Origin: Eledone cirrhosa | Lineage: Eukaryota | DNA: 64,000 bases | NCBI GenBank assembly: GCA_964016885.1 | Contig: OZ024742.1 | Coordinates: 132,556,001-132,620,000, forward strand | Direction of reading: 5' to 3' | Shown here: piece by piece, positions 14,010-33,133 of the stretch | Numbering within the stretch: position 1 is the stretch's first letter | How the letters are laid out: the number at the start of each line of letters is the position of its first letter | Translations under genes and position numbers: made by a program | The notes under the pieces: generated by a model | The model's database searches: none | Told to the model about the DNA's origin: nothing | Seen by the model: only the letters and a program-made list of their open reading frames with translations

Positions 14010-14205
14010 AAGGTGTTGCAATACAACCAACGTGTAATCAATATATATATATATATTGATTACACGTTGGTTGTATTGCAACACCTCAGTTTGCAGTTTG
14101 GAGCGCTCGACGAAATGCGCAGGTTGGGTTGGGTACTCCGGAGTAATGTAAAATAAAATGAAATTTTAAACATTTTAAACAATTGACTTATTTATACATT
14201 TTACT
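14010..14205. repeat. PLE tail fragments arranged tail-to-tail around a (TA)n core
   Basis: aggtgttgcaatacaaccaacgtgtaatcaa-(ta)n-ttgattacacgttggttgtattgcaacacct; homologous to 14298-14390. Confidence 0.7.
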
Positions 14206-14434
14206 TTATATATATATATATGTGTGTGTGTGTGGTATGTGTGTGTGTGTGTGTATTCATATATATATATATATATAGAGAGAGAGATTTTGAGTTTATG
14301 TTGGTTGTATACCAACACCTCAGTATGCAGGCTGGAGCACTCGACGAAGTGCGCAGGTTGGTTTGGTTACTCCGGAGTAGTGTAAAATAAAGTTAAATAA
14401 AAAGTCAAATGATTAAAATTTAGCTTCGTTTATT

Positions 14435-14489
14435 ACTGCTATATATATTTCAGTGACAGCCATCTTTGGCTGTGACCTCTTCAGGCAGT
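14435..14489 (-). ncRNA. Type I hammerhead ribozyme
   Basis: actgc CTGAAGA ggtcacagcca-aaga-tggctgtcact GAAA tatata TA gcagt. Confidence 0.85.
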
Positions 14490-15716
14490 TTGAATAAGTA
14501 TGGTATAGACAAATACATATGTTGTTGAGGTGTATAATATTGTCAATACTCTGATATGCCCAGTTCCTGGTTGGGTTGTTATTTCACTGAGGAACTGGAA
14601 TCATATGAATTCAAACAAACGAATGTCAGTGTCAAATCTCCTCTTCTCCTCTCATTGGTCAGTTGTTACAACATTCCTCATTCTAAGTGTTGTTATTGTT
14701 GGAGTTATCTTAAAAAATTGATAAAATAGTAGAAGGAACAAGGTGTTAAAGGAACAAAATAACAAAAAAGTGTCAAACTTCCCATTGGTCAGTTCTGAGA
14801 GCATTCTCCTCAGTCAGAAGTCTATAGAATTCTTTCTGGGGGTAAGGCTCCATGTAGTGTTTTTGTTTGCTATTGTTAAGTACATTTGACCTCTACCATT
14901 ATTTTGGTAGTGTTGTTGGTGTTGTGGTCACCTTATATCTTGCTGCTGCTAACAATTTAGAAGTATCCAGTGTGTGTGTTTTCTTCATCCCTCCTGCCAC
15001 CATCTCTCATAGTGGTGGTGGTGTGTGTGTGTGTGTGTGTGGGGGGGGGGTTATTCCATGTATATGTAGAAATATAAGGCAATAAATGAAGAAAACAGAA
15101 AATAAATAAGTAATATAATAAAATAATTAATATAATTTGTATAATTTGAAAATAAATAAATAAATAGAGAATAAAGAATGAAGAATAAATGAAAAATTGG
15201 TGAAAAAGTAATGAAAATGAATATGGAGAAGTGAAAAATAATGTCGGATAAAGTGTGTGTGTGCTATAACCAATCTCAAGGTCAGAAATATGTTGGATAG
15301 CTTGGTATGAGGACAAGATGTTAAGATAAGATAATCAAACTAAAAGTGTTAGCGTTATAATCAATCTCAACTTAAAAATAAATATAAGGTGATACAGTGA
15401 AGAGGGCAGAAAACAAATAACAAATTAATTAAGAGAAATCAATATTTAAAATTGGAACTTGAAAATCAGAAATCTAGTAAATTAAAAGTGTTTGTGTTAT
15501 ATAGATCTTGGCCAAATTATAATGGCTGTGTCCGATTCTATCTCTAGGCTATCATGGTGTCTGCTCAGCCTGGGTTGTTCCCTATGGCTTGGGGGGAGTT
15601 CACAACCTAGGGTGTTGTTACTGCCCATATAGCTTGAGGGAGGTCTGGCCGAGAGGTGTTTTCATGTTCTGTAGAAGTCCCTATAGCTTGAGGGGAGTTC
15701 ACATCGTCTTGTGTTG

Positions 15717-16879
<1,163 letters not shown>

Positions 16880-16923
16880 ACTTGTATCAGTGTTTATCCT
16901 TATCATATATTCATTTGCATATG

Positions 16924-17012
<89 letters not shown>

Positions 17013-17017
<5 letters not shown>

Positions 17018-17200
17018 AACCAGTAAGACCCCGACAGCTGAGCTCAAGCCGTTTCGACGGCTAATTCTAGAATTAGCCGTCGAAACGGCTTGAGCTCAGC
17101 TGTCGGGGTCTTACTGGTTCCTATTACCCACTCTACTACCTCAAGTATTGAGTACTTTGGTGCGTTATGGTCCACCTGGTTCCTTACCACATTTCCTTCG

Positions 17201-17203
<3 letters not shown>
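17013..17203. mobile_element. Fold-back element, family B
   Basis: Near-perfect hairpin 17013-17124 centred on ctaattctagaattag; tail 17125-17203. Confidence 0.8.
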
Positions 17204-17266
<63 letters not shown>

Positions 17267-17276
17267 CCTTTCACAT

Positions 17277-17317
<41 letters not shown>

Positions 17318-17465
17318 TATCCACGGTAAGTTGTGGGATCTATTCTGCATGAGGAACTCAATGTAATCCATATGTTAAAAATGTTTTAGGTTAAGATAAA
17401 TCCCGGAAAACAATAAAACATTTAAAGGCAAACTGAGTCATGATATAAGTTAAAAGAATGAAATA

Positions 17466-17605
17466 ATTGCTTTTGAAAACAGGTGGTGAATTACATGTAA
17501 GTAAATATTCTCTTTATCTGATATTTTGTAACTAACCTTACATAGATCCATAACGAAGTATAGCCACAATGTATTATCATCACCTAGAAACGATCGTACA
17601 GCAGT
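17466..17605 (+). ncRNA. Type I hammerhead, U3-A8 variant with long stem II
   Basis: attgctt TTGAAAA c-aggtggtga...tcatcacct-a GAAA cgatcg TA cagcagt; lies within the TA-flanked insert at about 17310-17652. Confidence 0.65.
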
Positions 17606-17649
17606 GAAGTATATCACTAATGAGTTGATTTTTTATTCCATTGTTTTAA

Positions 17650-17690
<41 letters not shown>

Positions 17691-17694
<4 letters not shown>

Positions 17695-17930
17695 AGGATC
17701 CCCGATTGCTGAGCTCCGGTGGTTTCGACAGCTAGATCCGTTATGCCCCACCTGGTATCTTACCACACCCTCTTTGTTATATATATATATAAATCAGGGT
17801 AGAAACAGTTTTAAAATAGTTAGATTAACGCTGAAGAGAGTACTTGGTACATTGTGTATTGGTATATTTTAATGAGTCAGGACCTGACGGCTGAGCTCTT
17901 GCCGTTTCAAAACTAGTTTTAGACCCTGGG
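17691..17930 (-). repeat. Two diverged relatives of family B
   Basis: gacggctgagctc(tt/aa)gccgtttc and ccacctgg..ttaccac motifs. Confidence 0.5.
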
Positions 17931-17931
17931 C

Positions 17932-17979
<48 letters not shown>

Positions 17980-18279
17980 TTCTTTTAGTGACCAAGTGAG
18001 GACCCTTGTTACTCTGGATTCTTTCCTGGGCTCCTACATTATCATCATTCAAGAGGTGTTTCTCATGCCCCTGCGAGTGCCCTGTTGAAACTCCAAAGTA
18101 CAAGGCATAACACTTAGTTATTGACTGAAAATTTAATCTCTACTTTGGCAATGAGAACATTTTCTCACGTCCATCCATAATGCGATGTGTATTTGAATCA
18201 TAACCAGACTTAGTGTGAGCTGGGGATTATTGAGTTACGGATTAGTGGTTTGCGCCGACGTGTGACATAATATCTGTGG

Positions 18280-18925
18280 TATAATATATAACTGCGATTT
18301 CAGCCCTCTGCAGCTATTGTATGTTCTTTCGTGTGCTTTTGTTAATAGTTCCTCAATATTAGCTGGAGAGCGATGGGGAGAGAGCAATGAACTAACCTGA
18401 AGTATTTGGTCCAGTTGAGGAAATCGTTGTAAGAAGCACTCGGAATATTGAAGAAAGTGAACGGAGATGAGACGATATCGGGTTCACAGGATTTCGGGTG
18501 GCAGAAAAGGCGAAAGACGATCCCGAAGTCAAATGCCTTTAACGAGGCCAAAGTCGAACGCATGAGGCAGGGATTGGGTAGCGATTATCGGCTGACTGTT
18601 CGACTAATCGAAAATTAGCTCGACATGAATCACGATATTGTTTGAAAAACTATCACAGAATATTGGGCATTCACACGTTCTGCGAAAAGATTAGACCAAA
18701 GCCGTAGAAAGATGACCAGGAGAAGCGGTGTATGCAAGTGTGTCAGGACATCCTCCAGTGCCTTGACATCGAAGCAGACATTGATGGAGGGAGTCATCCC
18801 CGATGATGAGTGCATTAGCTTCGAGGGGGATTATTTCGAAGGGAAAACTTGTAGATTGTGGTTTAGATTTGAAATATATTTTTGTGACTCTAGTTTTAAT
18901 CAACAGGAAAAACTCTACTAATGTA
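18280..18925 (+). mobile_element. Internally deleted, decayed Tc1/mariner transposase remnant
   Basis: Peptides resembling LGILKKVNGDETISGS, YRLTVRLI, MQVCQDIL, GVIPDDE fused directly to the C-terminal CISFEGDYFEG. Confidence 0.7.
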
Positions 18926-18975
18926 TTTAATACCTTACTTATTGTGGGTACCCCCAATTGAATTCAAGACTCAGT

Positions 18976-19029
<54 letters not shown>

Positions 19030-19114
19030 TATATATATATATATACGTAGGTCCCGGGTTGAGTCGGGGATAACTACAGTAAGTAAGGTACTCTATATAT
19101 ATATATATGTGTGT

Positions 19115-19200
<86 letters not shown>

Positions 19201-20509
19201 GTGTGCGTTTGTGTGTGTATGTGTATGTTACAAGTTGTCTATATATCATCATTCCCCTCTTATCCTGGTTTTTCATTATGAACACTGAATGAAATCTTGT
19301 GAAGTATTTTTTATCCCTTCCCGCCTACTTTTCGTATGAACACATTTTCTGAGCAGTTCCCATCCCGCTATATTTTAACATATCTGTATTGCTGAATGAT
19401 GTTAGATATATCAGTTTCTGACTTTTTTTTCATATCGAAAATATTCGAGACGAAGCTTTGATGATAGATTAGATACATAGAAAACATTGAAAACGTGAAC
19501 GTGACGAAAAGCCGTTATAACCGCCGATTGTCGTCAATGATATCAATATGGAAGTTGAGCAAAATACCACAAAGGACAGAAAACAATGGCCAGTGATCGG
19601 CACCGAGAGACGAAAAGTAAGTTGTAAGGTGGGTGAAAATATAGATGGTTAGGAGAGGAGTGTGTTGGCATGTAAGAGAGACGAGGAACGGAGAAAAAGA
19701 AAAACAAGTGGTGATTAAATTTACAATCATTGTGGAGATTAAAGTTACAATTCTTACAAGACAAGACACAGATGCACCTAAACCTCATCAGCTCTCATCT
19801 AGCCATGTAGATTCGCACGAGTATTAGCAACACAGCTCTTGCAACACAAAAAATAAACCTTTCTCTTGATATGATGCATTTGTGATGGCAACAAAATTAA
19901 TCAAATCACACGAAAAGAAAGACGAAAATTTCGAGAGAAATTGCTAACCGAACTCGCGTTCAAGTTTTCAATGTTTTAATGAATTTCATATGCATGAATA
20001 TATGTATGCATGTCAGTCTGTCCGAATGTCTGTATGTATGTTTGTATGATTTTTATGTGGTGTGAGACACTCCTAGTCTTCATTAAGGTGTCTCTCTATA
20101 AAACCTCATATAAAACCTGCGATTTAGTTTGCATCCAATGATGTATACCAATTCTTCTTTTTGGGCAAATTCATTCGATGTTCAGAGAGTTGGATTGGTC
20201 CCTTGAAAAGCCTCTCTTCACTTAAAAAAGCTTCAAGCACAGACAGGGCTTTATACGAGACATTTTTTGCAATGCATGGCGTTGCTGCTCATAAGCCAGT
20301 CCCTAACTGGGCTTAAAAGCCAGGTCTATCATTATCATGCTTAAGTATGAAGCGATGACAATACTCGAAATCGAGTTACATCCATCATCATCATCATGTA
20401 TGTAAGTATGTATGTATGTATTTATATAAAACTATTCATGTATGTATCTATGTATATCTGCATGTGTGTATTTGAGGAGACGGGCGTTACAGAGGCGCTT
20501 TGAAATTAA

Positions 20510-20690
20510 TAATTATTTCTACTTTCGGCAAAAGGTCAGCAATTAATCCAGTGTATTACTGGTACTTTATTTTATCGAACCCGTAAGGATGGAAGGCAAA
20601 GTTAACATCGGCCAGATTTGAACTCAGACTGTAAAGAGACGTAACTCTATGCTACAAAGCATGGTATACGACCCTCTATCGATACTGCCA
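20510..20690 (-). mobile_element. tRNA-derived SINE (octopus type)
   Basis: ggtactttattttatcgaacccgtaaggatggaaggcaaagttaac..tttgaactcaga..ctatcgatactgcca. Confidence 0.8.
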
Positions 20691-20782
20691 AGTATGCATG
20701 TATTTATGTAAAACTGTGCATGTATGTCTGCATGTGTGTATGTTTGTATTTGAGGAGACTGGCGTTACAGAGGTTCTTTGAA

Positions 20783-21070
20783 ATTAATAATTTTGGCACA
20801 AAGTCAACACTTTTTGGGGGAATGGAAAGTCGATTAAATGGATCCGAGAATGTTACTGGTGCCTTATTTTGTCAGCCCGGTAAGTATGAAAGGAAGGCTA
20901 ACTTCGAATTTAAAGCCAGAACATAAAGAGTCGTACCTATATGCCCCAAAGCATTATGCTCCACGCTCTACCGATACTAACAATCTATCGCCGGGTCACT
21001 GTTAATAATTGTTTCTACTTTAGGCACAAGGCCAGCAATTACCCAGCACATTACCGGTACTTTATTACGG
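20783..21070 (-). mobile_element. Degenerate SINE plus partial SINE tail
   Basis: Homologous to 20510-20690; the flank 20440-20510 is duplicated at 20720-20790. Confidence 0.6.
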
Positions 21071-21236
21071 GTCACTGTTAATAATGAATAATATTTTGAT
21101 CCATAGGTCAATATTGGTTCTTATTACCACGTGCAAATTTGGTGTGCTTAAGTACACAAACCAATAAACAAATATTTCCTGCTTATACATGTTTTCGTAT
21201 ATATAAGTATGTATGTGTGTATATATATATATATAT

Positions 21237-21327
<91 letters not shown>

Positions 21328-21330
<3 letters not shown>

Positions 21331-21630
21331 ATAATAATAAAATTGAAGACTAAAATCCAGAGAGGGCTCGATAAGGAAAATATATATCAAATATATAAGA
21401 ACCGAAGAACAAATATTTATTAAAATAACAGATTAAAGTTTAAGCAAAGAATCGCTGCTTTCACCCTTAACGGGCGGGATCTTCTGAAACTAACAAAGTC
21501 AATCTGTAAACGCAGAACTGGATATTTCAAAAAACATTGCAACCGGAGGAAGACAGGGAGACGATACTTTGGTTCATGGTGACGTTCGCTGGGAAAGAAC
21601 GGAAAAAAACGAATAATACGTCATTAATAA
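21328..21630 (-). mobile_element. Solo 3' end of PLE family A with tail
   Basis: Reverse complement of about 4148-4446. Confidence 0.8.
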
Positions 21631-21654
21631 ATAAATATATATACACACACACAC

Positions 21655-21879
21655 TGATTAGAGCAAACATCGCGGGCGCTGTATCTCAAAATTATTTTTG
21701 AAAAGCATTAGAAATGCGGAACAGGTAAAAACTTAAAAGTAAACCTGAATACTAACCAATACTTATTACTAATTTTTACTTATTCCTAATTAACGTATTT
21801 TTCACTGGGAACAATTTATCAACATTTTCTTTTCCTTTTACCAACATATCGCAACTCGTGTGTTACAACTCTATTCTTT

Positions 21880-21880
<1 letters not shown>
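21655..21880 (+). mobile_element. Second copy of the 1929-2130 repeat
   Basis: Colinear similarity; degenerate TTGAAAA hammerhead-like motif at about 21693-21732. Confidence 0.6.
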
Positions 21881-21949
<69 letters not shown>

Positions 21950-21954
<5 letters not shown>

Positions 21955-22010
21955 GTAAGTATGTATGTATACGTACATACATATATGTATACAGACGTAC
22001 AGTAGCATGC

Positions 22011-22053
<43 letters not shown>

Positions 22054-22348
22054 CATACAGGAACACATACATATATGTACGTATCAGTTTAGCGGACGCT
22101 TTATATAACGCCCGCTTTGTCCGTTTGTAAACAAACTGACAGCCTGGCAGAATGGTATACGGTGCTGATGATAGCTAACAAGCTTGAAACTAGTACATCG
22201 TTCCTGCGTCAGTGTTGAACAAAAAGGTGACGTGGTTGCCTTAACACCGTATGGCATAAATTCAGGCTGTCAGTTTGTTTACAAATGGACAAAGCGGGTG
22301 TTATAATAAGCGTCCGCTAAACTGATACGTACATATATGTATGTGTAC

Positions 22349-22441
<93 letters not shown>

Positions 22442-22553
22442 TGCTACTGTACCGCTGTATACATATATGTGTGTACGTATACATACATACTTACATTTAA
22501 GTAAGTGCCGTATTAACAGTGAGAAATGAAATTTCGTTTTCATTTTATTACAA

Positions 22554-22557
<4 letters not shown>
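21950..22557. mobile_element. Fold-back element, family C, with HHR in the spacer
   Basis: Arms about 21950-22146/22263-22499, tail to 22557; homologous to 28747-29492 and 40853-41090. Confidence 0.8.
22159..22201 (+). ncRNA. Minimal type I hammerhead ribozyme
   Basis: acggtg CTGATGA t-agct-aaca-agct-t GAAA ctag TA catcgt. Confidence 0.9.
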
Positions 22558-22611
<54 letters not shown>

Positions 22612-22628
22612 GACATATATATATATAG

Positions 22629-22742
<114 letters not shown>

Positions 22743-22860
22743 ATGTATATGTATGTATATTCATATATACATACATACGTACATACATTCAAAATATGTA
22801 TGTATATAATGTATATATATATACATACATATTATATATATATATATATACACACACACG

Positions 22861-22922
<62 letters not shown>

Positions 22923-23371
22923 TATACAAACATATTTTATAGACATATATATGAAATGCATGCCTGATTTTATTTATTTCCTTTTCATGCTAATGACAAA
23001 TTAAAAGATTTGAATTCTAATATATGTGTGCGTATGAATCACTACCAGTACGTGTATTAATTTATACAACAGATAAATTCAATATATGTCGTGTAAATCA
23101 CATGCCACAGATGTTTCAATTTTCTAAATAATACTAGACGCAAGAGGTTAATGAGTTCTTGTATTAAGAATGAATTTAATATTATTTAATAAAGGACAAA
23201 CGTAAGAATTCGGCGTCATGAGGAATTTTATGCACAGAAATTTGTAATTTCCAACACGCGTGATATAATAATTTCAAAATATAAATGTTATCATAATTAA
23301 GGGATTTAAACACGTACATATTTCATAAATGGTTATGTATAAATGTATGTATATATATATATGTCTATATA

Positions 23372-23814
<443 letters not shown>

Positions 23815-23819
<5 letters not shown>

Positions 23820-24559
23820 ATAGAGAAATTAATATGAGCAAGAAGCCAACAGCATTTCATAATATATAATTGACTATAACGTCTAAGTGGAAAATAATTA
23901 ACGTAAGATATGGGAAAATAATTCAAACTCAATTAAAAAAATATCAAGACAGGGATTTTATCCACAGATTTTGTGAAATCCAGGGAAAAAACCAATACAG
24001 TCTTAACTCTGAATAAAATAAAGTTTAAATACTCATCCTTCAATTTGGAAAAACTACAAATACTCTATATAGTCTTAAACAGACTATTTCACGAGACTTT
24101 TCAGTGGGATTAGTCACGGTTGGAGTCGTTCCTCAGTAGAGCTCAACACGATAACCAACATATCACTGACAAAATATGCCAAAAAGGGAATTTAAATGCA
24201 GGCTAGTTCACCTCGTGCGGCAATTTGAAAATAAAGACACATGGAGAAACATGGCTGGTGCCGTCAGAATGAGACGAGTGTCTGTTTACAAGAAACAGCA
24301 GTCAAAAACATTCCGAATAAACTCTCCGAAATGTTCTGCAACATATCAATAATTTTAAGAACTCTAGGAAAAATTCCGAGTATAAATATAAATGAAAATA
24401 GAGAAATTAATGTGAGCAAGAAGCCAACAGTATTTCATAATATATAAGTGATTATAACGTCAAAATGGAAAATAATTAACGAAGATATGGGAAAATAATT
24501 CAAACTCAATTAAAAAAAATCAAGAGATTTTACCACAGATTTTGTGAGATCCAGGGAAA

Positions 24560-24562
<3 letters not shown>
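23815..24562 (-). mobile_element. Non-coding element with ~170-bp terminal direct repeats and central HHR (retrozyme-like)
   Basis: 23815-23990 is similar to 24392-24560; TA flanks on both sides. Confidence 0.75.
24062..24142 (-). ncRNA. Type I hammerhead ribozyme with full stem III
   Basis: gctcta CTGAGGA acga...tcgt GAAA tagtct-gttta-agacta TA tagagt. Confidence 0.9.
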
Positions 24563-24599
<37 letters not shown>

Positions 24600-24671
24600 T
24601 TATTTATTATATATATATCTGTCCCTATTATATATATTTATTATGTATATATATATATATATATATATGTG

Positions 24672-24829
<158 letters not shown>

Positions 24830-25128
24830 TATTTATTGTACATATACACTGTCTGAGAAATTACACCACACAGTCACACACATACACGCTCATATACAAG
24901 TAGTATATGAGATTTTCTATATGAACAACATCTTTATTTGGATAGACATACTCTACAAATTACAGATTGCGACAATTTTCAATAGAGCAGACATCGAGTT
25001 AATATATATTTATATACTATATAGAAATGTAAATGTGCTTACGCTTTACAAATGTATTGCGGACCTTTTTTAGCAGTGGATATACCACGACTTCACTCCA
25101 GATATACACACACACACATACACACACA

Positions 25129-25242
<114 letters not shown>

Positions 25243-25764
25243 TGCATAATATTAAGGATACTATTTATGCTTAAAGTGCTTGTATTACATGTAACAGGCT
25301 GCCACACAATAATCATATATAAATGAGACACACGTGCATGCCCCACGTGTAACTAACGCATAAACTAACTACTACATCTGACTAACAAACTATCCTCTTG
25401 CATTATCTATGTTAACTCCCGAATGTATTTTAATTTTGTTTTAATTTTGTTTTAATTTTATTTTAATTTTAATTTTAATTTTAATTTTAATTTTAATTTT
25501 AATTTTGATTTTGATTTTGAATTTGAATTGCTATACAGAAATAATATAATTTAATATATGTTACTCAACTGTACATCATTAAATACATATGTATCTGTAT
25601 GTCTCTTGCGTTTCAAAGGAGGTCAATTATGTGTACAAACATTGAAAAATGCTCCGAAGAAACAAGCCTAGGTTTGGATGAAACTATTGTAAATTAATAA
25701 ATGCTTTGAACATAGCTTTGATTCTTGTGAATTCTATATATATGCATATATATATATATATACT

Positions 25765-26517
<753 letters not shown>

Positions 26518-26717
26518 TGCTCCGAAATCAGTAGACGTGCCCGAGGAACTTCCGAGTCCAGAGTCAGGTCGATCCACATACAGATCGCACTTCGATGCGT
26601 CACTGATTTTTCGTTTTCCATTCTCTCTCTCTATATATATATAGTGGTAAAACACTGGAATGTGATATCCGTATTGGTAGAACACTCAGTCCATGGGACG
26701 AGTTAGGTAGAAGTGGT

Positions 26718-26770
<53 letters not shown>

Positions 26771-27139
26771 CAATTACATAGTTGTACATAAATACATTTA
26801 ACAATTATGCATAAGTTATTAAAGTGTATATATTCGTATTTATTTAGAGAAATACTGAATAATTTTCAGTGATTTCGGAGGTGTATAGGAGCCGAGATAT
26901 CTTCATCACCGAAGTAATCTCAAACCAATACGTAAATGAGGGCCGTATAAATCCTATTAAATTTCATATTATACATGAACGGATAATTTCCAAATTCTTG
27001 GTGCAATATATTGTTAGTTAATTTCACTGTAGATTATATTGTGCGCTAAACTCAGGAAATAAACGATAACTAGATATTTGTAAACACGCAATGCAAACGT
27101 TGACTATATAAATATATACATAGGTTTTTGTTGTATGTG

Positions 27140-27214
<75 letters not shown>

Positions 27215-27217
<3 letters not shown>

Positions 27218-27408
27218 TTATTGAAGTGACCGTTGAAAATTGAAAAAGTCAGAGGAATGAAGAGTACTCTATGTAAGTTACAGAGCTAAATATTTCATGT
27301 ATAATAATGAATTGCCTTGTCTGACGAGCGAATGAGGAGGTTCCTTGTATTCGTCTTATTCAGGAAACCTTTGGTAATGAGGTAATTATATTGTATTGTT
27401 TATTATAC

Positions 27409-27411
<3 letters not shown>
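27215..27411. mobile_element. Inverted tail plus hammerhead insert, related to the 3' end of the 33955-36100 element
   Basis: 27235-27300 resembles 33970-34027; atgtataataa/ttattatacat inverted pair brackets the HHR. Confidence 0.65.
27310..27387 (+). ncRNA. Type I hammerhead ribozyme
   Basis: attgccttgt CTGACGA gcgaatgagg...tcttattcag GAAA cc-ttt-gg TA atgaggtaat; 10-bp stem I with G-U pairs. Confidence 0.8.
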
Positions 27412-27500
<89 letters not shown>

Positions 27501-27504
<4 letters not shown>

Positions 27505-27807
27505 GGAGATGAGTTTTATTGTAGTACAATAAACAATAAAGCAATGCAGATATCGGATGAGAAGCACTCTACAGTTTGTGGAACTGGAGTATATATAATA
27601 TATAAGAACAAAAGATGGTTAAAGGAGTTCCATGTATTTTATTATGCGCATTTCAAAAACAAATATCATCATGCAATAATATTTGTGTTTTCATCAGATA
27701 AAACAAAAATATGAAAACACAAATATTATTGCATGATGATATTTGTTTTTGAAATGCGCATAATAAAATACATGGAACTCCTTTAACCATCTTTTGTTCT
27801 TATATAT

Positions 27808-27812
<5 letters not shown>
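27501..27812. mobile_element. Fold-back element with tail
   Basis: Arms about 27592-27694/27711-27812; tail 27501-27590. Confidence 0.8.
27637..27703 (-). ncRNA. Type I hammerhead ribozyme
   Basis: ttttat CTGATGA aaac-acaaatat..atatttgt-tttt GAAA tgcgca TA ataaaa; the copy in the opposite arm lacks stem I 5' and CTG. Confidence 0.9.
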
Positions 27813-27885
<73 letters not shown>

Positions 27886-27888
<3 letters not shown>

Positions 27889-28091
27889 CGAAGGAAATTT
27901 GGTAAGGAACCAGATGGACCATATCGCACCAAAGTACTCCATACTTAGGGTAGTAGTGTGGGTCATAAGAATGAGTAGGTCTCCGACGGCTGAGCTCAAG
28001 CCGTTTCGACGGCTATTTCTGGGCTAAATCATTACAGTCCTGAATTAGCCGTCGATACGGCTTGAAATCAGCCGTCGGAGTCCTACTTGTT

Positions 28092-28095
<4 letters not shown>
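27886..28095. mobile_element. Fold-back element, family B
   Basis: Same layout as 1092-1295. Confidence 0.75.
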
Positions 28096-28126
<31 letters not shown>

Positions 28127-28129
<3 letters not shown>

Positions 28130-28356
28130 TAGAACACTGGAAGGTAATATCCGTAGTGGTAGAGCACTCAGTCCATGGGACGAGTTAGGTAGACGTGGTT
28201 ACACAACAGTTTGTTCACCATATCGAGAAGAATTGTTTCACCTTAGCTGATCCTCAGCTCGTAATGAACACTGTAATGTTCATTACGAACTGAGGATCCG
28301 CTAAGGTCAAACAATTGTTCTCGGTATGGTGAACTAACTGTTGTGTAACCCCTTCT
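28127..28356. mobile_element. Fold-back element with an HHR in each arm (28224-28261 -, 28286-28323 +)
   Basis: Arm consensus cgag CTGAGGA t-cc-gctaa-gg-t GAAA caattg TT ctcg; tail 28127-28189, also found alone at 26640-26720. Confidence 0.75.
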
Positions 28357-28384
28357 ATATATATATATGTCGAGAGAGAGAGAG

Positions 28385-28433
<49 letters not shown>

Positions 28434-28435
<2 letters not shown>

Positions 28436-28711
28436 ACTATAATAGTTACAGCTTTCTGGGAAAATTTATTTCATATTACAGTTGTTTCTGTATCGATCAG
28501 CCTGATCAACACGATCTGATCAATATAGAAAAAATTGTAATACGATGTAAAGTTTCACAAAAAACTGTAATTCTTATTGTCACTCTATATATAGAATTTG
28601 CTAACAACAGGTGCATTAAACATGGAGCATAACCCATGGGTAAGCGTACAACGTAACAGCAACGAGTTCTTCGACAAGCGTCGCCGCTGGTAACCGCAAG
28701 TTACTCACATA

Positions 28712-28720
<9 letters not shown>
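28434..28720. mobile_element. Diverged fold-back element retaining the 3' half of an HHR
   Basis: attacagttgtttctgtatcgatcag..ctgatcaatatagaaaaaattgtaat (consensus GAAA caattg TA). Confidence 0.5.
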
Positions 28721-28746
<26 letters not shown>

Positions 28747-28751
<5 letters not shown>

Positions 28752-29492
28752 GGAAAAAATGAAACTCTTAGTATGGCTGTTACTTAAATATAAGTATGTA
28801 TACGTACATACATATATGTATACAGACGTACAGTAGTATGTATATACATATTTGCACACATATATATATGTACGTATGGATTCACCGAACATTTATTATA
28901 ATGCTCGGTGTGTTTGTAAACAAACATCACGTATTAAGCCGTAGTGTCTAGCAACCATCGTTGCTCGTTTGTTCAACACTGACAAAGTTTCAAGCTTATT
29001 AGCTATCGTCAGCAACGTATACCTTCCTGCCAGATGATTGAACGTCTGAAAGTATATACTTTCCTTATGCATATTAACGTACTAAGAGTGGAAAAGGAAA
29101 CTTCGTTTCATTTTTTCCGTTTATCGTTCTCGGTGCACCCGGCCGATTAACCCACTCGATATGCAAATTGGGCCAGCCGTTAAAATGCATAAGGAAAGTA
29201 TATACTTTCAGACGTTCAATCATCTGGCAGGAAGGTATACGTTGCTGACGATAGCTAATAAGTTGAAACTAGTACAGCGTTCCTTTCTCAATGTTGAACA
29301 AACGAGCAACGATGGTTGCTAGACACTACGGCTTAATACGGGATGTTTGTTTACGAACACACCAAGCATTATAATAAATGTTCGGTGAATCCATACGTAC
29401 ATATATATATATATATGTGTGCATGTATGTATATACATATACATACTAATGTACGTCTGTATACATATATGTATGTACGTATACATACATAT
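28747..29492. mobile_element. Fold-back element, family C
   Basis: Arms about 28790-29079/29179-29492; the spacer contains an inverted copy of the element terminus (about 29079-29122). Confidence 0.8.
29239..29280 (+). ncRNA. Minimal type I hammerhead ribozyme
   Basis: acgttg CTGACGA tagctaataagtt GAAA ctag TA cagcgt; a damaged copy lies at about 28980-29018(-). Confidence 0.8.
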
Positions 29493-29495
29493 CTA

Positions 29496-33039
<3,544 letters not shown>

Positions 33040-33040
<1 letters not shown>

Positions 33041-33074
33041 CACAGTAAAGGCTTCGATTTTACTAAGGTTCCAC

Positions 33075-33133
<59 letters not shown>

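Noticed and set aside
26845-26915. GTGATGA...GAAA motif on the minus strand
   Set aside because: G3-G8 mismatch and no convincing stem I
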